A stretch of DNA of 41,064 bases from Catajapyx aquilonaris (lineage: Eukaryota), in contig JYFJ02003472.1 in assembly GCA_000934665.2 (NCBI GenBank), forward strand, positions 1-41,064, written 5' to 3'. Position 1 is the first letter of the stretch, and the number at the start of each line of letters is the position of its first letter. The notes under the pieces were generated by a model that saw only the letters and a program-made list of their open reading frames with translations, made no database searches and was not told the DNA's origin. The translations under genes and the position numbers were made by a program. Of this stretch, positions 24,401 through 34,746 are shown piece after piece.

Positions 24401-25347
24401 CATATCTTTGCTTGGTCCAAATGATACTTCCAAACATTGCGGACAAGGTTCATGCTCAGCAAATTATGATTGGCACATATTAAAGCGTGGCCTACCTGCT
24501 GAATGTCCAACTTCTGAATCAACACTGCCGACAAGTGCAACAATTTCCCTGATGTTTCTGGCTGTCTCTGCGTCCAGGTCTCTGTTCCGGGCACCCTGAA
24601 AAATAACTCTTAATTTATTCTGTCAACTCTCTCAGACCCATAGACTATTGCAAACTGTATTTCCAACCATGAGCAGTGCTTCATCACGTGACACTTCTTC
24701 CATGAACCAATGTGGCAAAAAAAATACCTTGAATCAATGCCTCAAGGCCGTATTTTTCTGTGTCAGTACACTTATATCACCAAAATTTTTAACCAAATGA
24801 AACCAGCACTGATTGCGATCTGAACATGGAGGTCTAAAATATCAAAAAAACTATGTAACCACTTGCCAAAATTTGGCAAAGGTGGTTGGTCTCTTTCTCC
24901 CCCATCCACCCTCCCTCCCTCTCTCTTCTGCCTGGAAGACATCTTGCTCCAGTTGTTCAGCCTGTAGTCCTACACATGGGACAAAGTCTAACAGCACATG
25001 ATCTTGTCCTCACCTGCTCCCAGTCCTCTTCCTCCACTTTTATTTCCTCTTCAATCTTACACGCAGGCATAGACTCGCTGCTTGCGTCTCCAGTGTCCAC
25101 AGAAACAGACTCGGTGGGAAGGGACTGGCCTGAAGCATCTTCTGGAACGCAAGACGCATTGATATCCGACGCACGCCCTTGTTCCTCCTTCATGCGTACC
25201 TTCCCTTCCACGCTTCTCCTTCTTCATCCACCCCTCCACCCTCCCGATGGCCTCCTGGCACCAGTCCACCCTGGAGACCAAACACTCCAGAAGCCTCCTG
25301 TTGCCAAGAGACACTTCCATCAGAGACTCCAGGGTGACTGGAGACTT
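21439..25347 (-). CDS. Unit G: ZNF family member lacking promoter and normal ATG, with a 1-bp frameshift in E5 (possible pseudogene or alternatively spliced module)
   Basis: Exons 25347/25320-25200, 25141-25014, 24595-24496, 24309-24179, 22953-22897, 22757-22615 (143 bp rather than 144), 22071-21439. The zinc-finger exon is open. Confidence 0.6.
23717..23948. mobile_element. MITE-like inverted-repeat element bounded by TTAA
   Basis: CTTAACTTGAAACGTGGGGTCCTTTTCGGACCC / GGGTCCCAAAAGGATCCCACGTTTCAAGTTAAG. It lies within a larger foreign segment (~23030-23990). Confidence 0.6.
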
Positions 25348-25852
25348 CTACGTGATGCAAGTGCAGATGTAGGACATGGTAATTATGAATAATTGCAAAA
25401 TTTAAAATGAAGATATTGAAAATGTGCAAGAAATAGTAGTCAGGAACATTCTTTCACTCTTCGTGCTTTTATTGTAGCTTTGGATCCTGACCAGGGATTA
25501 CTAGAAGTAATCCCTGTCCTGCGCCTGAGACCGCAACATGGGTCGGTATGGGTGTAAGTAAACTATCAAAACAACATTGAATGAATCTCATTATCGCCCA
25601 TGATAATAAACAAAGGGAATAATTGCTTAAACTCACATAATTTTTAAACAATTGTACAACTGATTCTCTTCACTTGGTGAATTACTTTCTTCACGTACTT
25701 TCAAGTATGAACTGCAAGAATAGGCTACATCTTCTGACTCGATATGCACTGAGAAAGCTGTAATAACACCCGTGTGCATTAGTGCGCGGCTTTTTCAACC
25801 AGGTAGGCAGGAAATGTTGTATCACGCATTGTGCAACTCTACTTCCTTTGCT

Positions 25853-28282
25853 TTAGCGATGGGTTTTCTTGTGATAAGTTAAGGAACTACGATGAGAAAA
25901 CTTGCTCTGGCAAATGTCGCAACAATAGGGCTTCTCACCAGTGTGGACCCTCAAATGTTCAACCAATCGAGATATGTGCTCAAACACTTTGCCACAGTGG
26001 GAGCAAGAGTGGAATCCTCTTTCTCCAGTGTGAATTTGCATGTGATATTTCAATTGCGTGGGTAGAGTAAAGCATTTTTGGCACACTTGACATGAATGCT
26101 GCTTCCTGCCAGTGTGGGTCATCTTGTGGTCCTCCAAATCCCACCTCCTACTAAACTTCTTATCGCACACTTCACAAGAAAAAGGAGCTACACCAAGATG
26201 AACAGCCTGATAATGCAATTTCATGGAGTGGTTTCTCCTAAATTGCTTATCGCAACCAGAGCAACAGTAACCCTTTCCACACCTTCCTTGAACAGTTTTA
26301 TGACTTTTGAAGTTACTGCTGTTTTGAGTCTTGTACGAGCATTGATCACACCGATGCCACTTGCTTCCTGGCAGCTCCTTTCCTTTCACCATTTCCAAAG
26401 CACCAGACGTCCCACGGTTCTGATCAGAGAAGCCATCAGTGTCCTTCCGACTCTCTCTTTCAGTTGGCTGCATAAGCTGCTTGCACTACAAAGAATTCAA
26501 AAGTAATGCACTTTTATATTGATTTCAAGTTGTCGTGATTAAGGACATTAGCATGAGATATCTCAGGCCTTTCTTATAACCAAGATAGAAACCAATACTA
26601 CCAAAGTTTAAATATGAAAGGGGGAATGAAAAAGACTGTGATTCGGGTTGGGGCCGGAGAAGGCGGATGGGGTAGTGAACTGGAGAATGCCCCATGGCCA
26701 CTGCATTGGAGAAGGTGGGGTGGAAGAATCTCGGTGGGGTTTGGTCGAAGGCAGGCTGGGAGGAGTCAGTCAGACTGCGGGGCTCAAGCCGAACATCAGC
26801 CGCCAACAGAACAAATTCACTCTTTGTGTTGGTGTATCCTCAATTCCTCATGGCTTTTATTGATGCTGAGGATTTGATATTGTAAAAGTTGTGAATTTAT
26901 TTTTTTATTCGTCCTCGTATGTCATGCTCAAAACAACATAACACAAAATTTTATTTCTGCGCCCTAGGCAAATGCAAGTGCAATGGAGTGAGGGTTTTCC
27001 TAGTATTCTGCATTAATTTGTCTCAGTTCATGGGGCCTGCCCTAGCAACACTGCGATTCATTTATTCTGGCGAAAGGTATGATGTGACACCACTGCTGTT
27101 CATGCTAAGAATCATGTTAAGTTCACGTTAAAGATAACTGGCATAAAAACTGCTTTTTCCAGCATATGGGTTGGGCCCCTGTTTCGCTTAACACCAAGAG
27201 AAACATACCTTCCTTTGTGGCCTTTGGCTTCTTCCCCGACTTGAGGCACGAAGAGGATCATCATCTGACTGAGCAGATGGGGCAATCCTATTGCTGGAGT
27301 CATTCACACGCAAGGTCAGGTCACCTATTTCCTCCTCTTCTGCTTCATCAACCTGCAATATTCAATACGACTAATCAATCAATTCCAGCTCTATTGTTCT
27401 CTCCAGTTCTACTCAAATCACTTACAGCAAACTGCTTTCCCATCTTTACTATATTACGATGGTCACGTGCGGAATTATAATGTGAAACATTTTCCTCCAA
27501 TGAATTTTCCTCAACTTTGATGGACTCGGTGCTCTCCAAGGTTGCAGAGTCCTGCGAGGAAAAATATTGCTTGACTCGGTTTACAGCTGCGGTTTTCTCA
27601 TGGAAACAACATGCATTATTTAGCATTCAGGCATGTCATATATGATTTCAGCAGGTCATTCAAGCTGACAATTATAAGAGAGTTCTGGGGAATATTATCA
27701 ACAATGGGAACAATGGGAAAAGGCAACCCACAATTTTTGGACTATCCATTCGTGACATAACCGCCGCCAAACACAGGGGCCCACATTTAAAAATGGACAG
27801 CAGGTCCCGAGTTGCTCGACTCTTAATTTGAAACGTGGGGCCCTTTTCGGACCCCAGGGTATGCTTATGTCACCACCCCTCAGCTATCTCTCGCCAAAAT
27901 GAAAAATCGCACACCTGCATTCCTCAAATATACTCTTTCATACCTGAAAAAAAATTATGTGCGACAAAAATTTGGTTTAAAATAGAGTTATTGTCATTAA
28001 GACGCTCACGAATCATGTTAGGGCCCCAAAAGGATCCAACTTTTCAAGTTAAGCACGGCTCAATGAGGTTTCATACTGAGAGTTGAGAATGTTTTCAAAA
28101 ATGTCAAAAAAGTGATGACGTAATATGATCACATGATATTGTCCTCACCTGCTCTTGTTCCCAGTCCTCTTCATCCACTTTTATTTCTGTTTCAATCTCA
28201 CACGCAGGCATTGACTCGCTGCCTGCATCTCCAGTGTCCATAGAAACAGACTCTCCGGGAAGCAACTGGCTCGAAGCAACTT
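25853..28282 (-). CDS. Module H: promoterless E2 + (E4 without donor) + E5 + C2H2 exon
   Basis: Open E2 28282-28149, E5 27352-27209 and E6 26485-25853 have intact splice sites. E4 starts at 27551 but its donor is mutated to GAAAAT. Confidence 0.65.
27822..28053. mobile_element. Second copy of the TTAA-bounded MITE-like element (segmental duplicate)
   Basis: 27628-28093 is near-identical to 23528-23990. Confidence 0.6.
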
Positions 28283-28504
28283 CTGGAATGCAAGAGGCCC
28301 ATTCAGCGAGCTACTCGCAGTCAGTTGTGGTTGCAACTTTTATTCAAATGTTTGCCAGACACACTCACTGTGAGTCATGTGAGCCTTGATTTGCATAATA
28401 GACAATTTAAGTACCTGAAACTGCCCTACATTTATGCGTAAGCTACTATTCACTATTTGGATCTTGTCTGAGGCAGCATATGTTTTATCAGACATGGCAC
28501 AACT

Positions 28505-30732
28505 CTACGAACTTGCTCCTTTGTGCGTTTTCTTGTGATAATTTAAGGAACTACGTTGACCAAATGTCTTCTGGCAAATGTTGCAACAGTACGGCTTCTC
28601 ACCAGTGTGAATCCTCTCATGTTCAACCATTTTAGATTTGTGCTCAAACCCTTTGCCACAATGGGTACAAGCATGTAACTCTCTTGCTCCGGTGTGAAAT
28701 TGCATGTGAAGCTTCAATTGTCTAGCTCGAGTAAAGGATCTTTTGCACAATTGACAGGAATACTTGCCAGTGTGGGTCATCATGTGGTTCTCCCAATCCC
28801 TCTTCTCGCGAAACTTCTTATCGCACACTTCACAAGAGAAAGCGGAAACACCAAGGTGGACTACCCGATAATGCATTCGCAAGTAGTAGTTTGATTTAAA
28901 TCGCTTTTCACAGGCAGTGCAACCAAATTCGCCATTTCTGTGGACTTTTTTATGCCTGTTGAAGGTCCCAGTGTATGCAGTCTTATACGAGCATAGATCA
29001 CACTGATACAATTTCTTTCCTGGCATCTCCATTCCCTTCACCATATCCGAAGCACCAGAAGTCCCCTGGTGCTCAGCAGAGAAGCCATCAGTGTCATTTG
29101 GACTCACTGTTTCAGTTGGCTGCAGTAGTTGCTTGCGCTACAAAGAATTCAAAAGTTGTCGTTAGGGACTGTACACATGTGCATATATGTTCTCAAGCTT
29201 AAGGGAATGTTACCATATGTATATTTAAATATAATTTGTTTCAATGCAGGGGTCTTAGCCCATTTACACTGCATTCATTTATTAATGTGAAAGGTCTTAA
29301 GATCCATGATTCATGAGGTAACTGGCAAAATTTAAAAAAAAACCTGCTTCTCCAACAAATTAGGTTCGGCGAAGGAAGGTACGTTTGTGTTAGTTTTAAG
29401 CGGATCAAGTCCATTCCGCTTAAAACTAACACAAACATACCTTCCTTCGTCGCCTTTGGTTTTTCCTGCAACTTGAGCCACAACCAGGATCATCTGAGTG
29501 AGCAGATGGGGCACGTTCATTGCTGGATTCATTCATTTTCATGGTCGGGTCACCAATCTCTGCGATTTCCGTTGAATCATCAACCTGCAGTATCAAATTG
29601 TACTATTAGTAAATCTACTCTTGTTGTCATCAGTTATATTCACATCATTTGCAGAAAACTGATTTCTCGTCTTTTATGATGGCCATGTGCTAAATTATAT
29701 GGTGAAACACTTACCTCTAAAGGAATCTCCTCAACTTTGACTGACTCGGTGTTCTCCCACGTTGCCGAAGTAGGGACCTGCAGTAAAATAAGACATAAAT
29801 GAAGACTACTGTAATCCAATCAGACATGGAGTACCCATAATTCAACAGCAGTAAACTGGCAGGATGAAAATATTCAGGCAAAGGTGCACCTCATGAGCCA
29901 AGGACCTTGGCAGACATTAGTTATCTTGGTACAGTACAATAACAAGGAGAGGAAATGGTGGGAATCACATTTCCAGCAATCCAAATAGAAACTGAAAAGT
30001 CGAGCGTTTCTCCAAATCAGGTTTGGTGGAATGAGCCGCTTTTTCATTCCACATCCACAAGTAATCAAGTAATGTCCATACCTGGCTCCATGACTCATTC
30101 TCCGTCCCCGTCTCCTGCTCCAGTGTTCCTTCTTGAAGCAATTGTGATCCTTGAATCCCACAGGAATGAAATTCTGGAATGACTGGAAGATCAGGTGATG
30201 TAGCTTCTGAATCAGCATTGCCAACAAGGGCAGCAATTTCATTGATGTTTTTGGCTGTCTCTGCCTCCAAGTCTCTATAACATCTGCCCTAAAAAGTAAG
30301 AACACATTTAATTGAATTCATTAACAAGGTTACTCGTGCTTATAATTTTTAAAGTCTATCAGCACCTGAACCTTCGCGTGCTCTGTGCTCACCTGCTGCG
30401 ACTCCCAGTCGTCTTCCTCCACTTTTATGTCGTCTTCAATGTCATACTCAGGGATTGACTTGCTCCTTGCATCTCCAGTGTTGACAGAAACTAACTCAGT
30501 GGGAAGCAACTGGCCTGAAGCATCTTCTGGAATGCAAGACGCATTAATTCCTGATGCCCATCCTTGTTCCTCCTTCATGCGTACCTTCCCTTCCACGCTT
30601 CTTCTTCTTCATCCACCCCTCCACCCTCCCGATGGCCTCCTGGCACCAGTCCACCCTGGAGACCAACAATTCCAGAAGCCTCCTGTTGCCTAGACAGACT
30701 TCCATCAGAGACTCCAGGGTGACTGGAGACAT
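28505..30732 (-). CDS. Gene I: coiled-coil/6xC2H2 zinc-finger protein, ~442 aa
   Basis: Exons 30732-30585, 30526-30393, 30288-30082, 29777-29715 (GT donor), 29584-29441, 29137-28505 join in frame. Confidence 0.85.
29370..29449. repeat. 35-bp inverted repeat with 10-nt loop covering the E5 splice donor of gene I
   Basis: CGAAGGAAGGTACGTTTGTGTTAGTTTTAAGCGGA / TCCGCTTAAAACTAACACAAACATACCTTCCTTCG. Confidence 0.92.
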
Positions 30733-30883
30733 GGCTTGTGCACCTCTGGAGTCCTCAGATGTTCGACTGATGGTCCAGATGATGCTGGATCAGAAGGAGA
30801 TGGACTAGGGAAGGAAGGGGGTCCAAAGGAGGGGGAAATGGAAGGAAATCCTCAAAACAACGTGCTCTTAACTGCAAAAGACA

Positions 30884-30901
30884 GTCGCCATCTTGGATTG
30901 G
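30884..30901 (-). promoter_or_regulatory. CCAAT + YY1-type motif upstream of gene I
   Basis: CCAATCCAAGATGGCGAC on the minus strand. Confidence 0.6.
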
Positions 30902-31638
30902 ATTTTAGAGGGCGCGTTGCTATCGCTGTTTGAGAAACAGACGATAGGGTGCGTTCCGACCGATGCTTTCAATGGAATATCAGGGGTTGGAAACAATGCC
31001 GATTGGATATATTTAATTATGTAGTACACCAGATGATCAGATATGAATATTCTGGAGAATTATGCTAATGTTCAACAATAGACAAGTGTATGACTTAGGA
31101 ACATTTGACATTTTTTTTCTCCAGACATAATTTATTGATAATTGACATTTTCATACGGGTAATAAATGCGCTACTTGCAGACAGTTGTGGTTGCAATTTT
31201 TTATTCAAATGTTTGCCACACACTCACTGAGCCATGATTGCATAATAGACAATTTACGTAAGGTGACTGAAACTGCCCTTCAGGTACAGTACATTTACGT
31301 ACTCGTACATTCCCTGACCGTGCTTTTTATTGTAACTTTGGGCTTCCTGGTTGAGACAGCAACAATGTTAGGGATGGGTGTAAGTAAAGTACATATCAAA
31401 ATAACATTGAATGAATGTAATTAACACGAATGAGTTAATGCTTTAAATTCGCCTCACTCTTTAAAAATGGTGCAACTGATTGTCTTTGGTTGTACTTACG
31501 AGTACATGCTTTTTTCAATGAACAGCAAGCTATGACATTTTCTGATACACAAGTTGTGGCATTGAGAAGGCTTAACACCAATGTGCATTATATTATGTGA
31601 AGTATGGAAGAAAATGTTTCATCACGCATGAAGCAACT

Positions 31639-34068
31639 CTACGACGGTTGTGCTCCTGTGTGGGTTTTCTTGTGACGAAGAAAGTTACTGCGATTAGCAT
31701 ACTTCTTCCGGCAAATGTTGCAACAATAAGGCTTCTCGCCAGAGTGGACCCTAACATGTTCAACCAAGTGGGATTTGTACACAAATCCTTTGCCACAGAC
31801 GGTACAAGAGTGCAACTCTCTTTCCCCGGTGTGAAGTTTCATGTGATATTTCAAATGTTGAGCTAGAGAATATGATTTTTCACACACTGGACACGAATGC
31901 GGCTTCTTACCAGCGTGGGTCATCTTGTGCTCCTCCAATTTGCTCCTCTCGCAAAACTTCTTTTCGTCACTTCTGTGAACAATTTTATGCCTTTTGAAGT
32001 GTCCGCTGTGTTGTGACTTATATGAGCACAGATCACACTGATGCCATTTCTGTCCTGTCATCACCTTTCTTTTCACCATTTCCGAAACACCAGACGTCCC
32101 CTGGTGCTCAGCAGAGATGAAGCCATCAGTGGTGCTCTGACTCTCTGTTTCAGTTGGCTGTATTTGTCGCTTGCGCTGCAAAGAATTCAAAAGTAAAGCA
32201 GGTGGGGATCAGAATGCAAGTTTTAAGTTGATCAAACATACCTTCCTTTGTCGCCTTTGGTTTGTTTTGTGACTTGCGTCACAAAGAGGATCATCATCTG
32301 AGTGGGCAGATGGGGCATGGTCATCGGTGGAGTCATTTACACGCAAGGTCAGGCCAGTGGTTCCTGCCTTTTCCGTTTCACCAACCTGCAATATTCAAAA
32401 AGACTTTTAGTGAATCTGCTCCCATTCTCATTACTGCTATTCAAATCACTTACAGACTGCTTCCTCATCTTTATTCTCTTACGAGTGCCATGTAAAACAC
32501 TTGCCTCTAATGGAAGTTCCTCAAAATTGATGAATTCAGTGTTCTCGCAGGTCGCAGAAGTGGAGGCCTGTGGGAACATAACAGACCAGTTGCAATTGGT
32601 AGTAATATAATCAAACTTGTAGTACCCCAATTTTACCTGTCATAAACTGGCAGGTACCAGACAAAATTAAAATTTTGACATCAAAAGCGAAAATAATTAT
32701 AATCATCATGCTTGCAGGCTGACTGTGTCGCCACAATTAGCTTCCCATAAAATCAGGCACTTCTCCCAAGCAAATGTGTGGGTGCTAACCACAATGTGAT
32801 GCACTGTTACGATTATCTCGTTCATCTTGCAATTACAACAATAAATTATGCTTGACTGTGGTTTTTTCAGGGAAACAATATGCATTATTTATTTCCAACC
32901 CATGTCCTAAATGACATCAAGATGTCATTAAAGAATAATGTCAGCAAGTTTGGGGGCATTTAGGTAATACTGTCAAGAAAATATCTCTAAATATGCATGT
33001 AACATTAGACAAAAAAATTCACTGGGAAACACATATCAAAAATCATTACTTCAATCCTTCAATTACACCACTGATTTTCCGTAATTTAAATATGTTGCCC
33101 CTTAAAAATTCCTCCAGTTTGTAGAATATATGGTGTACAAACACTGTACTATCTAGTGAGGAGATTGAAGTCAAAAGGGGCAATTGTTTTTATTTCGCCT
33201 TTGAGCTGGCACTGCCGTTAAAATATTCAAGTGAAGGTACACAGAAATAATGAGCCGAAGACCTGCGTGCAAATGAGTCATCTTGGTACATGCAAATCAG
33301 GGAAACACATTTGCAGCTGTAGAAATTGAAACTGAAAAGTTGTATTTTCTCAAGATGAGGTTCGGTGAAGAGATTTTGGCTTCCACATCCTGAACTAATC
33401 ACGTAATGACCATACCTGGCTCCATGACTCACTCTCCATGTCCATCTCTTGCTTCAATGTTCCCTCCTGAAGCAATTGCGGTCCTTGAATCCCATGGGAA
33501 TGAACTTCTCCAATGACTGGAAGATCAGACGAGGTAGCTTCTGAATCAACATTGCCAATAAGCGCTTCAATTTCACCGGTGTTTTGGGCTGTCTCGGCTT
33601 CCAAGTCTCTTTTACAGCTCCCCTAAAAAAATAACAACACATTTAACTACATTGACTAATAAGGTTACTGGCACTTTTTGATTTTTAGAAGTCTAGCAGC
33701 ACTTGATCCTTCGTGTGCCCTGTCCTCACATGCTGCGACTCCCAGTCCTCTTCCTCCACTTTTATTTCTGTTTCAATGTCACACGCAGGCATTGACTCGC
33801 TGACTGCATCTCCAGTGTCCATAGAAACAGAGTCGGTGGGAAGGGACTGGCCTGAAGCATCTTCTGGAATGCAACCGCATTGTTATCCGATGCGCACCCT
33901 TGTTCCTCCTTCATGCGTACCTTCCCTTCCACGCTTCTCCTTCTTCATCCACCCCTCCACCCTCCCGATGGCCTCCTGACACCAGTCCATTCGTGACATC
34001 AATCCTTCCAGAAGCCTCCTGTTGCCTAGAGACACTTCCATCAGAGACTCCAGGGTGACTGGAGACAT
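31639..34068 (-). CDS. Gene J: ZNF family member, ~410 aa, with in-frame loss of finger 2 and half of finger 3 (4 complete fingers)
   Basis: Exons 34068-33921, 33863-33730, 33622-33416, 32567-32505, 32385-32242, 32175-31639 join in frame. Confidence 0.8.
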
Positions 34069-34213
34069 GGCTTGTGCTCCTCTAAGAGTCCTCAGATGTT
34101 CGGATGATGGTCCAGACGACGCTGAACCAGAAGCGAGTCGAAAAGGGGGTCCAGAGGAGGTGGAAATGGACGGAAATGCTTCAGAGGAGCAGCCTTCTTA
34201 AAGGAAATGGATG

Positions 34214-34231
34214 GTCGCCATCTTGGATTGG
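34214..34231 (-). promoter_or_regulatory. CCAAT + YY1-type motif upstream of gene J
   Basis: CCAATCCAAGATGGCGAC on the minus strand. Confidence 0.6.
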
Positions 34232-34746
34232 ATTCCAAAGGGCCTGTTCTCACCGCCGTCTGAGAAACAAACCTGAGGGTGCGTTCTGACCGGTGCTTTC
34301 GTGACAGTGTTGGAATGACGACTGGATACGCAGCATCAGATATTAAATTATGTGACTTAATTCTGATTTAAACCAGCCTACCTTCCCTTCAACCCTTCTT
34401 CATCCAACCCGCCATCCTGTGCATTCGTCTCCGGGAGGATTCTGGCGATAATGTGTGCCTTTTCGAAACAACTTATTCAATTATGATGTTCATGCAGCAA
34501 CAATTTATTTACAAATATACACTCAGTATACTCGAAAGTGTAGGAAACAAATGGTCAATCCACTGAATCGCTGAACTGAATTTTAATGATTTAACACTTG
34601 AAATCCACAGTTGTAGTATGAAAAGTGGACAGCTATTATCCATATGATGCAAGTTGCACTGAAATGGCTTAACACTAATGGTGTTTCATGACAGGTAATG
34701 CAACAAATGTGTTGTAACATTTTTTGAAATCCTAGGACTTTGCTCC

